A stretch of 61,300 nucleotides of DNA from Promethearchaeota archaeon (GCA_030603385.1 JAUVXW010000029.1:1-61300); one strand, 5' to 3'. Counted from the first letter of the stretch, positions 21,465-32,460 are shown. The notes: a model not told the origin generated them from the letters alone. A program made the numbers and translations.

Positions 21465-22022
21465 ATGATTCCTGAAATTGAAGTTATCGAAGAAATTAAT
21501 GATGGTACTGTCTATCTTAGAAAAATAACGAAAAATGATTCAGAATTTTTTTTTAATAACTTAAATAAAAAGGATCTAATTACTTATTTATCTTTAGGTC
21601 CTTTAAACACTTTAGAGAAATCTAAAAGATTAGTAAGAAGCTACATAAAATATTGGGAGCACTATGCCCAATATAATTACATAATCGAATTAAGAGAACC
21701 TCAGGTCTCCAAGGTCGGCTCTGTTAGTATTTGGAATGTAAATTGGAGGCATAATAGAGCTGAAGTTGGAATTTGGATAAAAAAATTAAACTGGAATAAA
21801 GGATATGGTAGAAAATCTTTAAACCTAATCAAAATTATTGCATTTAATCACCTGAAACTAAATCGCCTTGAAGCACACATAGCATCTGATAACCAAAATT
21901 CCATTCATCTTTTTGGAAAATGCGGATTCAAACAAGAAGGAATATTAAAAAAATACCTAAATTTTCATGGAACTTATCATGATGCAGTAGTTTTAGCTTA
22001 CCTAAAAACTAATTTTTGTTAA
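21465..22022 (+). CDS. GNAT acetyltransferase, RimJ/RimL family (copy 1, intact)
   Basis: VYLRKI, AEVGIWI..WNKGYG, LKLNRLEA, N..SIHLF.KCGFKQEG. Confidence 0.9.
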   Translation: MIPEIEVIEEINDGTVYLRKITKNDSEFFFNNLNKKDLITYLSLGPLNTLEKSKRLVRSYIKYWEHYAQYNYIIELREPQVSKVGSVSIWNVNWRHNRAEVGIWIKKLNWNKGYGRKSLNLIKIIAFNHLKLNRLEAHIASDNQNSIHLFGKCGFKQEGILKKYLNFHGTYHDAVVLAYLKTNFC

Positions 22023-22059
22023 AAATAAAATAAAGAGAATTATTATTGTAAAAATTTCA

Positions 22060-25000
22060 TTATTTCTTATCTGAATCTGCTATTAATTTATCTAATTCTT
22101 CTTTATGTTCCAATGATTTCTTAATTAATTGATCTTGTTCAAGCTTTTTCTCTATTGGTTCCGAAGGTTTAATTTTCGTTGACATCTCTTCCCCCTTGTG
22201 AATTATAGGTTTTCCTTTGTAGTAATCAGAAGTTTTAACCATCTCTCTTCTGTAGGCACCCTTAAAAGCCAATTCACGATTTAAAATAGGAAAGCCAGGA
22301 ATTTTCTTTTTTCTTAGTGTTTTTTTATATTTTCTAACTTTTCTTACAGGTTTTGGATATTTTAATATTCGTTGATACAATAATATATAAGTAGCTAAGA
22401 TTGCCGCTCCAATAAAACTGAGAATAAAGAATATTTGAAATAAAAGAGTTTGTTCTAAAGGAATGAATACTACATAAGATATCCACAAAAATGTATTATC
22501 AATTGACAGTTCTATCACATTACTTAACCCAAATTCATCAGCGAGAAAAATCTGAATGGTAATATTAATATCTTCATCGATTGGAACTAATTTGGTAACA
22601 TCAAATCCATCCTCTTTTATTGCATTAAAATAAGTCTCAGCATTGCTTAATTTGATAGTTTCATTATGTACTTGATTGTTAATCAAAATTTTGAATTCCG
22701 AATTAGGTGATAAGCTCGTTGGCCAGGTCTGATCGATTTTAAAATCAAAATAAAGCTCAGCATTTGTAACTTTAACTCTGCGCCCACCAGCTTCAATTTT
22801 TTCCCCTGCATAATTCCATGATACGGAGGTGAATTGATTAATTCTTTTTTCATAAGAGATTGAAAGAGTGAAGTTTTTTATAAGTAAACTATTCCAATAA
22901 TCTCGATCACCTGGATGACCACTATCTTCACACCAAATATATACACCTAATGTAATAGTAAAATTTTGATAATCATATTGGAGAGCTTGCTCAAGGTAGA
23001 AGATTAATGTTTCTTCATTAATAGGTGTAATAAGTGTGTTACTTAATTCAGTTATTTGGGTTGGACCATCCTTACCCAAATCATCTGTTTGATAAGAGGT
23101 GCTTTCAAATTCCCTATTTCTTTCTACATCTGATATTAATATAAAAAATCGTGCAAAATCACCAGTTGCGATTTGAAGTTCATTAATTGGGTTGCTAACT
23201 AGAGTATCCCCTGGTCGATCAATCCCCCCATTATCCATCGATACTGCTTGAGCTGAACCATTTATCCATGCTTCAAGTGAAGCTGATGTAATGTAATAAT
23301 CAGACATATTAACATTCATTGTAAAATTTTTTCGCCACTGCACTCTAAGAGATTGAGCTTCATTATCATCCCATGTATGAGCTGTAAACCAACCATCTGC
23401 ATTTATTTCATAACTATCCATTAAAGGCAAATTATCATCGTTATCAACCTGAACCCATCCATTACTATTACCATTTTCAAAAAACTGTTGGGAACCTGAA
23501 CCTCCTAATATTTTATAATTAGCAGTACCATTACTTATAATAGGTTCAATATCTGAAACATCTCCCTGAAGACTTGAGGTCCAATTTTCATTAGTATTAA
23601 ATTCATAATTTTTGATCCATTGTTCTCTGTGGGATTCTCTAGTCCATAAACTAGTCGAATCCTGTTGAGCTAAATTAATATCAAAAGCCTTATTTTCTCT
23701 TATTGAAGCGCTCATATTCACAGTTATTATTATTGGAATAAAAGTTATACCCAACAAAATAAATATTAAAAATATCAAATTTTTTTTCTTTAAAGGGCTT
23801 TTTTGCTTTTTAACACTTATTTTTTTCCCTACTGCTTTAGGGCGAGGAGTTCCTATGAAACTGGAAGTTCTACTTAACTCCTTTTTGTATTTTTTCTTAA
23901 ATCCATTTTCACGTTTAACAATATGTATGTCAGGAGGATGAGGTTTATTTAGTGTACGTCTATACTTTTTTATATGTCTAACTGCTTTTGGAAATCTTAA
24001 CACTTTTCGATAATATATATAGTATCCTCCTAATAATCCTGATGCTATTATTGCCCCAATTAATAGAAATTGAAAAAGAAAATCACTCTGAGTTTGGAAA
24101 TATATATTGTATGAAATCCATAATATAACGTTATCTATTGAAACTGTATAATTCTCACTTAATTTAAATTCATCAGCAAGTAAAAGTTGGATTGAAATAT
24201 TAATATTATCACTACTAGGAATTAAATTAGTAACCTCAAATCCTTCTTCCTTTGCATTTTTAAAATCTAATTCTGCTAAACTTAATTTAATAGTCTCTAA
24301 ATGATCTTGTTCATTTATTACTAATTTTATTTCAGAATTGGGTGATAAATCAGTTAACCAAAGTTTATCGATCTTATAATCAAAATATAATTTTGCATCC
24401 GTGATTTCGACAATTCCGCCTTCAGAGTCAATTTGATTTCCAAGATATTTCCATGAAATGGAAGTTAATTGATCTATCTTTTTAATGTAATTTATTGTAA
24501 AATTGCACGATTTAATATAGGCTTCAGTAAACTCGTCAAGATCCGTAGCGCAATTATCTTCACAATTATATTCAATCCCTAATATAATAAAGAAATTTTG
24601 AAAATCTCCATTCTCTAAAACTTGATTTAGATAAAAAATTAGATCATCCATATCATCGACTTGAAAAATTGTATCATTTAAGTAATTATAACTATTTGGG
24701 ATTTGAGCGCCATCTTGACCTAAAGTAGTGGGTTGATATTCTGACACTTTATAGTTTACTTCCTTATTTAAAGTTGAAAGTCTCACGTAAAACTTAATAT
24801 AGTCACCTTCAATGAATCGAGTCATATCGGAATCACCAGATACTTCAACACCTTCCCAATGCCAAACATCTCCACCCCCGCATCCCACATAAGCTTTTGC
24901 TGTAGCATTAACTAAAACCTTAAGTGAAGCTGAGGTAATGAAATAATCAGACATATTGTGAGGAGTTGATATTACTTTTTCCCATTGAACGCTTGTTTTT

Positions 25001-25497
25001 TGATAGGCATTCGTAGTCGTTCCACTATGTTCAGCCCAATAATGGGATGCAAAACATCCCGATTCGTTTATTTTATGTCCATTGGTTGGATATACAGGTA
25101 TCTCTGGATTCGTATTATTGTACCAACTAGGTGAATTTGTCGAATTAGGTGTACCAGAGATTAATGTAATTGAATGTTCTTCCCCTATAGTTATTAAATT
25201 CCCTGACCCTCCGTTAATATAAGCATCAACATCTCTAGCATCTCCATTTACTTCAGTTATCCATCCTGTATTATTACTAAAATCTGAATTTTCAATCCAT
25301 TGGTTATTAAAAGCTTTTCTTGATAATTCATTAGCTGAAATACTAAAATTTTCTTGTTTTTTAATATCCGAATAATTAGTATTATTTTCAGATGGATTTG
25401 GGATATAAGAAATCGAAAATAACACGATTAAGAAAAGGAAAATTAATAATATTTTTGTTATCTTATTATTTTTGGATCTCATAGCTAAACAAATCAC
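22060..25497 (-). CDS. Uncharacterised surface protein made of two tandem units (signal/TM - ~420 aa ectodomain - TM - basic cytoplasmic tail)
   Basis: Internal duplication of QWI.N..F, NMSDY.ITSASL, LIFYL.Q.L, KKIDQLTSISW/KRINQFTSVSW, LSPNSE, ETIKLS, LADEF, (L/I)(R/K)(F/Y)PK.VR. Confidence 0.8.
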   Translation of the reverse strand: MICLAMRSKNNKITKILLIFLFLIVLFSISYIPNPSENNTNYSDIKKQENFSISANELSRKAFNNQWIENSDFSNNTGWITEVNGDARDVDAYINGGSGNLITIGEEHSITLISGTPNSTNSPSWYNNTNPEIPVYPTNGHKINESGCFASHYWAEHSGTTTNAYQKTSVQWEKVISTPHNMSDYFITSASLKVLVNATAKAYVGCGGGDVWHWEGVEVSGDSDMTRFIEGDYIKFYVRLSTLNKEVNYKVSEYQPTTLGQDGAQIPNSYNYLNDTIFQVDDMDDLIFYLNQVLENGDFQNFFIILGIEYNCEDNCATDLDEFTEAYIKSCNFTINYIKKIDQLTSISWKYLGNQIDSEGGIVEITDAKLYFDYKIDKLWLTDLSPNSEIKLVINEQDHLETIKLSLAELDFKNAKEEGFEVTNLIPSSDNINISIQLLLADEFKLSENYTVSIDNVILWISYNIYFQTQSDFLFQFLLIGAIIASGLLGGYYIYYRKVLRFPKAVRHIKKYRRTLNKPHPPDIHIVKRENGFKKKYKKELSRTSSFIGTPRPKAVGKKISVKKQKSPLKKKNLIFLIFILLGITFIPIIITVNMSASIRENKAFDINLAQQDSTSLWTRESHREQWIKNYEFNTNENWTSSLQGDVSDIEPIISNGTANYKILGGSGSQQFFENGNSNGWVQVDNDDNLPLMDSYEINADGWFTAHTWDDNEAQSLRVQWRKNFTMNVNMSDYYITSASLEAWINGSAQAVSMDNGGIDRPGDTLVSNPINELQIATGDFARFFILISDVERNREFESTSYQTDDLGKDGPTQITELSNTLITPINEETLIFYLEQALQYDYQNFTITLGVYIWCEDSGHPGDRDYWNSLLIKNFTLSISYEKRINQFTSVSWNYAGEKIEAGGRRVKVTNAELYFDFKIDQTWPTSLSPNSEFKILINNQVHNETIKLSNAETYFNAIKEDGFDVTKLVPIDEDINITIQIFLADEFGLSNVIELSIDNTFLWISYVVFIPLEQTLLFQIFFILSFIGAAILATYILLYQRILKYPKPVRKVRKYKKTLRKKKIPGFPILNRELAFKGAYRREMVKTSDYYKGKPIIHKGEEMSTKIKPSEPIEKKLEQDQLIKKSLEHKEELDKLIADSDKK

Positions 25498-25606
25498 CCA
25501 ATTAGGAGTTTAATATGTGTAATTCTATATTCTTAATTAAATAAGTTACTTAAGATGTTATTATTTATAATATCTAAGGTGATGACAATTAAATTGAGTA
25601 ACATAT

Positions 25607-26527
25607 TTAAATTTTATATTCAAGCGACGTAAAGATAGGAATACTAACAAGAATTAAGCCATTTATGAACAATGTTTTAATAGAAAAAGAGATATTAGTG
25701 TGTATAATAATTATTATTTTTTTATCTAATTCATCTACCAATTTGTCAAGTTCCGATTTTTTATCTAATGATGTTTTGATCAATTGATCAGAGTTGATTT
25801 TTATTTCCAAAGAAGTTTTTGGTTGTTTTACAGATTCACCTTTTCCTATAACCTTAGATTCACTATGCTTAAGTTTTATAAATTTAGACGTATCACTTAA
25901 TTCTTTTTTATAAATATTTTTAAACGCTTTTTCTCTAGGTACTATCACTACATCTGGTGTGCTACTTTTATTAAGTGTCCTCTTGAATTTTCTCACTTTC
26001 CTAACAAGTCTTGGATATTTTAAGATTTTCTGATAAGCAATAAGATAACCAGCTAAACAAACTGTGGCCACACTTACTAATGCTAATAATGCGGCAAATA
26101 TCCATGGTTCAGGATTTAATGGTTCTGGAGGAACGTACCATGATTCTGTGTAAGAAATACTTAAATAGACATCTGTTATTAATATAGTGATATTATGATC
26201 TAGCCCAAAATCTTCAGCTAAATACACTTGAATTGATAAAGTAAATTCTTCATATGGTAAAATTTTCGAAACAATATCAAAACCACCATTCTGTGCGTCT
26301 TGAAACTCAGGTGAATAAATATAATCTATTAAACTTATAGTTTGTTCATATTTCCTATCATTAATATATATTCTGATTTGGGAATTTTGGGAGGATTCGG
26401 TCCAATTTTTATCGAATTTAAATTTAAAATTAAGATTAGCATCAGTAATTTGAATAGTTGAATTAATTTTTGTACGATTAACTGCATTCAGATCTTGATT
26501 CCAAGACACAGCTGTAAACTGATCAAT
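25607..26527 (-). pseudogene. 3' half of a single-unit member of the same surface-protein family (5'-truncated)
   Basis: Begins mid-domain at IDQFTAVSWNQD; has GGFD, IQVYLAEDF, TM, YQKILKYPRLVRKVRKF and DQLIK.SL.KK.ELDKL; no signal peptide; abuts the truncated GNAT copy. Confidence 0.8.
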
Positions 26528-26907
26528 ATGCCCAATATAATTACATAATCGAATTAATGGAACCTCAGACCTCTAAGGTTGGCTCTGCTAGTCTCTGGAA
26601 TATAAATTGGAGGCATTATCGGGTCCAGACCGGCATCTGGCTAAACCCTTCTTTTTGTAGTAAGGGATTGGGAGAAAAATCTATAAACTTGATTAAAAAT
26701 ATTGGATTTAATCATCTAAAAATGAACCGACTTGAAGCCTACATTGCTGTAGAGAACAAAAGATCTATATTTCTTTTTGAAAAATGTGGATTTAAAGAAG
26801 AAGGAACATTAAAGCAATATTTGAATTTTCACGGGAACTTTCATGATGCTTTAGTGCTAGCTTGCTTAAAAAATCGAAATAATAAGATAAAAAAATCTGA
26901 TATTTAA
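26527..26907 (+). pseudogene. 5'-truncated second copy of the RimJ/RimL GNAT gene
   Basis: 26527-26557 is identical to 21663-21693 (31 nt); the protein is collinear with the C-terminal two thirds of copy 1; the N-terminal ~66 codons are missing. Confidence 0.85.
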
Positions 26908-26914
26908 TTTTTGT

Positions 26915-29900
26915 TTATTTTGAAGAATCTTTAATCAATTCGTCCAATTCTTCCTTTTTCTCAATAGCTTTCTCAGTTAATTGATCTGGTTCCATTTTTT
27001 GTTCTAATGACTTATCAGTTACCTCATCAGGAGTTATTTTTTGCTCCAAAGGTTTTACCATTCCGGGATGGCGTTTCAATTTTAGGTGGCTAGTAAATTT
27101 ACCTAAATTTTCATTATAGTGTGATTTGAAGGCAATCTCTCTCCCTATAATATGTATACTAGGTGCTGATTTACGTTTCAGGGATTTTCTATATTTTCGG
27201 ACTTTTCTTACTTGTCTAGGGTATTTTAAATAAGCTTGATATGCATAGAGATAAATTGCTAGACTGGTGATTAATATAATAGAAGCTGCAAATAAGATTG
27301 GAAATAAAATATTTTCTTCTTCCTCCTCCCTAGTTGCTGCGACGACAATTTCATATTCTTCTACAAAATAATTATCACCAACAAAAGCAGAAATTCCTAT
27401 AGTATATGTACCTTCAGGAAAATTTGGTATAGTCACTTCATATATACCATCATTATCGAGATCCTCAAGAATTCCACCTCCGTGTTCCCAAGTATAGGTA
27501 ACAATTGCACCTGTAATAAATCCACCAAAGTCTGTATTATTTAATCTTATCCGTAATCTAATATCAACTCCAGGTCTACTCTCTATCGTATTGGACCCAG
27601 ATACAGGTTCAATCCCTATATTAATCCTTTCAACAAAGACTGTGATATCTACAACTTTTACTTGAAATGTACCTGTTTGCGCTTCAACTGTCAAATAATT
27701 AGCTCCTATTTTTAAGCTTTTATTTGTATCAATAAGAATTGAATATTGCTCAAAACTAACACTTTCATTTAAATAAGATGTGAATGTTTCAGATGTTAAT
27801 AGTACATTTGCGCCTGAAATATGGGTTCCTATAAGTTCGGTATATTTCACTGTTACATTTAAAAATTCACTAACAGTTAGCTCTATATAAGGATCTTGAG
27901 TTACATTTTGATTATTTAATAAAACTTGCAAATTTTCAGTGGAAAATTTATTAATCCTCACTATTAAATTTATTACCCTCGTTTCGTAGTCTTCTGCTTG
28001 GGCAATTATTGTTAAAAAATTAACTCCCGCATCCGATACATCTGTATTTATAACAATTGAATAGTGTTCTAGAATTTCATCTTCTTCTATATCTCCTGTA
28101 ATATTCCCTGATAACTGCACCGTAGCATTAGGTATATGAGCTCTCGACATATTTAGATATTTTACAGTTATATTTAGAGAATCACCAATAAAAATATCAA
28201 TATCAGGATCGTTAGTTTTATTTACTGTATTTAAAAACAAATGGAGATCCGTTTCTTTATCTGGAAATATTATAGTATACGAAATATCGAGGTAGACTTC
28301 ATCAATTGAAATAGTAATAGATCTATTTAAACCGAACTCATCTGCAAGGAAAACTTGAATTGATAGATTTACATCTTCTATAATTAAAGAAGTAATGTCA
28401 AACCCTCCTACTTTAGCTTCTTGAAACGATGTATTTGCATTTATTAATTTAGCTGTTTCAGGATGTAGATTATCATTAATCTGAATCCTAATTTCAGAAT
28501 TCGGGGATGTGATCGGCCATGTATCATTAATCTTATATTTGAAGTTAAGAATTGCTTCATTAACCACAACAGTATAATTGCTTATATCACTAATTTTATC
28601 TGCATTTTGATTCCAAGATACTGAAGTAAATTGGTTTATCTTTTTCACATATGTAAATGTAAGATTACAGGATTTTATATATAATGAATTCCATATATCA
28701 CGATCACTAAACCAATTATCTTCAGACCAAATTCTTATTCCCAATGTAATTGTAAAATTATGATTATCACTGGAAAGAACAGAAGATAAATAGAAAATTA
28801 AATCATCTTCTGGAACTGTTGTCATGAATGTATCCAGCATAGTATCAGTAGCACCAGCAGAATCTTTTCCAAGATCAACTGTTTGATTGTATGCAATTTC
28901 ATATACTTTATCTTTATTCAAATCTGATAGAAGAACATAGAACCTAGCATAATCCCATGTAAAGTTTTGAGTACTACCTGAACCCGTAGCGTCTCCTGGA
29001 CATTCTACTCCTCCTCCACCCCAATCCCCAGGTGATGCTGTAACTGTACCACTAACAACTGTGGAAATAGAAGCATTTGTAATTTTATAATCCGACATTT
29101 TATCAACCATAGTAATATTTCTCTCCCAATGTACACTTGGAAACTGAGTAGCCAATTCTGCAAATGTATGAGAAACATAGCAACCCTCAGCATTTATTGT
29201 TGCAGTGTCTGGATATAATGGAAATTCTGGATTATGAACTTGTTGCCATTCAGAGCTAATAGGTGTTCCTGAAACATTGTTAAACGTTCTTGATTCTCCC
29301 AAAATCTTATAATCTGCTTGTCCCGGACTTGTTGTTGCTTTCACATCTGAATTATCACCTAAATCTCCATAGGATGGAAACCATGTAGGTTCTATAGGTG
29401 CCGTAAAATTAGGCTTATCAAGCCATTGTTTTATAAAAGATTCTTGAGCCGAAATTCCAATTTTTTCAAAATTTTCATTTATTGGTGTATTAAAGGAGTT
29501 TTCTGAAAATGTAAATGAGTTTTGAGTGATTAATGTAGTGACTATTAATGAATATGAAAGAATAGTTGCTACAATTATAATTAAATAAATTATTTTACCA
29601 TTTTTTTTTAATTTTAAAGATGTTCGCCAAAAATTTCTTAATCTTAACTTATATTGTCCTCTGAAAATATAATGTTTATTTTCCTTATTGTTTATGGCAT
29701 TAACAGATTTATAGGAGTTTGTTTTCTGATTATTAGGTTCATAATTTACCTCCACTTTAGAATTTGTAGGTATTTTTTCACCAACTTTTTCAGGAATTAT
29801 CTTTTCTTCTTTTGGTTTCCCTTTTATAAATTTTCCTGTTTTATTTAATTCTTCTTTATAAGCTGATCCAAATGCTTTTTCACGTTTTTGTACGCCAATT

Positions 29901-32356
29901 CGTGGGGCATTTTTTTTCTTTAGAGTTCTTCGATATTTTCGAACTTTCCGGACAGTTTTTGGGTATTTTAGCACTTTTTGATAAGCATAAAGATAACTTC
30001 CTAATCCGATAGAAACAATAATTCCTACAATTAATAAAATTCGAAAGAGAAATGATGCATCTACTGGTTTACTAGCAACTATTACAAATTCAAGACTTAT
30101 AAAATTGTATTTATCACTTCCATAAGCTTTAATAATTATTGAATGAGTTCCAGGGGGTACGTCTAATATATTCACTTCATATATACCATCATTGTCTGGA
30201 TCCTCAAGTATTCCATCTCCCTGTTCCCAAGTATACGTAACTATTGCTCCTTTGATAATTTCATTAAAATCTGTATTGTTAATATATACTTGTATATTAG
30301 CATCTTCTCCTGGACGGATACTTAGTGTATTAGTATTATTGACAGCTTTAATTACTGAATTAATTTTTCTAACAGTGATTCTTGGCTGAATAACCTGGTC
30401 TTCAAAATTTAACTTGTTAGCTTCAATTGTTAAAAGATTAACACCAGAGCTAAGTTTTATTGAACTATTAATGAAGATGGAATATTGATTTAGAGTCACA
30501 CTTTCATTTAGAGTTTCTAAGATACCCTCTCCAGATAAAGTTACTATAGCTCCTGGTATAGAAGTTTCTAAAAGAGTAGTATATTTAATAGTAATATTTA
30601 ATAGACTATCGAGAGGAATGACGATAGATGGATCTGATGTTTTATTTTCACCATTCAGGAATAAATATAACTCTTTTGTCTCGGTTGGTGCAATAGTTAA
30701 AATTGGGCTCAAAGTACTTAGTTCGAAATTTATCTTATGAGCAACTATTTCAAAATAAAGAATTCCTACATTCAAATCATTTGCTTCGATAATAATCGTA
30801 TATTGTTCATACGTTGCATCTTCTTTTAAAGTTCCAGTAAGGTTCCCAGATAGTTGTACTACTGCTCCTGGAATATGAGTGCCAGTACCATCGGGATATT
30901 TTACAGTTATATTTAAATCATTACCTACGGGGTGTTCATATATAGGATTAGATGTTATATTAACCCCATTAAAAAATACTTGTATGTTTGTCTGAAAGTC
31001 AGGAAATATAACGGTATAAGAAATATTTAGATAAATATCATCAAGTGAAATTGTAATATTCCTATCTAAATGAAACTCATCTGCTAGATAAACTTGAATT
31101 GAAAAATTAATGTTTGTGTTATATGGAATTAATGATGTAACATCAAATCCACCTGTTTTTGCCACTTGAAAACTTGTGTTAGCTTCACTCAGTTTTATTG
31201 TTTCTGATAGTTTATTAGTATTGATAAAAGCTCTGATTTCGGAGTTTGGAGATAAATCAGTCCAATTATCATCAATTTTATATTTAAAATTAAGTTTAGC
31301 TTCATTTAAAATAACAGTATCACTGATGTTGCTGATTTGATTTCCATCTTGATTCCATGATATAGATGTAAATTGATCAATCTTTTTTTCATAAGTAAAG
31401 GTCAAATTACATGTTTTGATCCTTAAAGAATCCCATCTATCGCGATCATAATTGAAATTGTCTACACATTTTATTCTAATACCAAGAGTAATTTGGAAGT
31501 TAAGACTATCGCGCTCGAAGATTGAAGTTAAATAAAATATTAAGGCTTCTTCTACAACAGTATTCATAAGGCTATCTGTTATATTGCTAATTTCAGGATC
31601 GTCTTGTCCTAAATTTATTGTTTGGTACCATGCAATTTCATATATTTCATTACGGTCTAAATCAGACAAGAATACATAAAATCTTGCTGTATCATAATCA
31701 CCAGATTGAGCCACAGAATCATTTGGTGTGTCTACTCCATAAAAATCATTTGGTGATCCTGCACCGCCAGGTTGGGTGGTAACGGATGCATTAAAAACAG
31801 CTGAAATATTCGCAGAGGTAATTATATAGTCTGACATATCAACAGGCATTGAAATATTTCTTACCCAATGTATGCTTGGAGATTGTACTGGATCATCTGG
31901 ATCGATCCATGTATGAGAAACTTCACAGCCATCTTCATCGATATTATTAAAATCAGGAGGTGCTGGGAAAGCAGGGTTTGTTACATTTATCCAACCGGGA
32001 GAACTAGAGGAATTTGGGGTACCCAACACATCTGAAAAAATACGTCGATCCCCTATAACACTTAGATTTACATGGCCTAAGCCTGATGCTGCTTTTACAT
32101 CAGATTCATCTCCAACTTTTTCTGAATACCATGTTGGTTCTATAGGTTCAACATCAAAAGAAGGGTTTTCAAGCCATACAGCTGTTAATGTCTCTTGAGC
32201 GGCTAAGTGAGGAGGTTTCGGTTCTTTAAATTTTTTTCCTTCAAAATAATCATTCCAATTATCATTAAAAGAAAAAAAGATAAAAGAGGATGATAAAATA
32301 ACAAATACAATACTAAGGATTAAAATATTTTTCTTTTTAAAATCTCTCAGAATCAT
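26915..32356 (-). CDS. Long two-unit member of the surface-protein family; each unit carries three extra Ig-like repeats before the TM
   Basis: Same core motifs twice (PS.HW.RNI.M, MSDY.IT.A, ARFYV.LSD, LIFYL, KKI.QFTS.SWNQ, SPNSEI, LADEF); repeats with LNITVKY..HIP.A.V.LSG and LED.DNDGIYEV; tails LKYPKTVRKVRKYRR and LKYPRQVRKVRKYRK. Confidence 0.8.
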   Translation of the reverse strand: MILRDFKKKNILILSIVFVILSSSFIFFSFNDNWNDYFEGKKFKEPKPPHLAAQETLTAVWLENPSFDVEPIEPTWYSEKVGDESDVKAASGLGHVNLSVIGDRRIFSDVLGTPNSSSSPGWINVTNPAFPAPPDFNNIDEDGCEVSHTWIDPDDPVQSPSIHWVRNISMPVDMSDYIITSANISAVFNASVTTQPGGAGSPNDFYGVDTPNDSVAQSGDYDTARFYVFLSDLDRNEIYEIAWYQTINLGQDDPEISNITDSLMNTVVEEALIFYLTSIFERDSLNFQITLGIRIKCVDNFNYDRDRWDSLRIKTCNLTFTYEKKIDQFTSISWNQDGNQISNISDTVILNEAKLNFKYKIDDNWTDLSPNSEIRAFINTNKLSETIKLSEANTSFQVAKTGGFDVTSLIPYNTNINFSIQVYLADEFHLDRNITISLDDIYLNISYTVIFPDFQTNIQVFFNGVNITSNPIYEHPVGNDLNITVKYPDGTGTHIPGAVVQLSGNLTGTLKEDATYEQYTIIIEANDLNVGILYFEIVAHKINFELSTLSPILTIAPTETKELYLFLNGENKTSDPSIVIPLDSLLNITIKYTTLLETSIPGAIVTLSGEGILETLNESVTLNQYSIFINSSIKLSSGVNLLTIEANKLNFEDQVIQPRITVRKINSVIKAVNNTNTLSIRPGEDANIQVYINNTDFNEIIKGAIVTYTWEQGDGILEDPDNDGIYEVNILDVPPGTHSIIIKAYGSDKYNFISLEFVIVASKPVDASFLFRILLIVGIIVSIGLGSYLYAYQKVLKYPKTVRKVRKYRRTLKKKNAPRIGVQKREKAFGSAYKEELNKTGKFIKGKPKEEKIIPEKVGEKIPTNSKVEVNYEPNNQKTNSYKSVNAINNKENKHYIFRGQYKLRLRNFWRTSLKLKKNGKIIYLIIIVATILSYSLIVTTLITQNSFTFSENSFNTPINENFEKIGISAQESFIKQWLDKPNFTAPIEPTWFPSYGDLGDNSDVKATTSPGQADYKILGESRTFNNVSGTPISSEWQQVHNPEFPLYPDTATINAEGCYVSHTFAELATQFPSVHWERNITMVDKMSDYKITNASISTVVSGTVTASPGDWGGGGVECPGDATGSGSTQNFTWDYARFYVLLSDLNKDKVYEIAYNQTVDLGKDSAGATDTMLDTFMTTVPEDDLIFYLSSVLSSDNHNFTITLGIRIWSEDNWFSDRDIWNSLYIKSCNLTFTYVKKINQFTSVSWNQNADKISDISNYTVVVNEAILNFKYKINDTWPITSPNSEIRIQINDNLHPETAKLINANTSFQEAKVGGFDITSLIIEDVNLSIQVFLADEFGLNRSITISIDEVYLDISYTIIFPDKETDLHLFLNTVNKTNDPDIDIFIGDSLNITVKYLNMSRAHIPNATVQLSGNITGDIEEDEILEHYSIVINTDVSDAGVNFLTIIAQAEDYETRVINLIVRINKFSTENLQVLLNNQNVTQDPYIELTVSEFLNVTVKYTELIGTHISGANVLLTSETFTSYLNESVSFEQYSILIDTNKSLKIGANYLTVEAQTGTFQVKVVDITVFVERINIGIEPVSGSNTIESRPGVDIRLRIRLNNTDFGGFITGAIVTYTWEHGGGILEDLDNDGIYEVTIPNFPEGTYTIGISAFVGDNYFVEEYEIVVAATREEEEENILFPILFAASIILITSLAIYLYAYQAYLKYPRQVRKVRKYRKSLKRKSAPSIHIIGREIAFKSHYNENLGKFTSHLKLKRHPGMVKPLEQKITPDEVTDKSLEQKMEPDQLTEKAIEKKEELDELIKDSSK

Positions 32357-32460
32357 AATTGGATAATTATTGGTTTTTTTATTAAAAACTTATAGTTAAG
32401 GTAATATACCAAATTATTTAATAAATAATTTGCCACTTGTTCCAAAATATATTTGGAATA

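Noticed and set aside
22060-32356. Calling the two-unit proteins viral glycoproteins, fusexins or S-layer proteins
   Set aside because: Only the topology is analogous; no diagnostic motifs or viral genes nearby; needs structure prediction.
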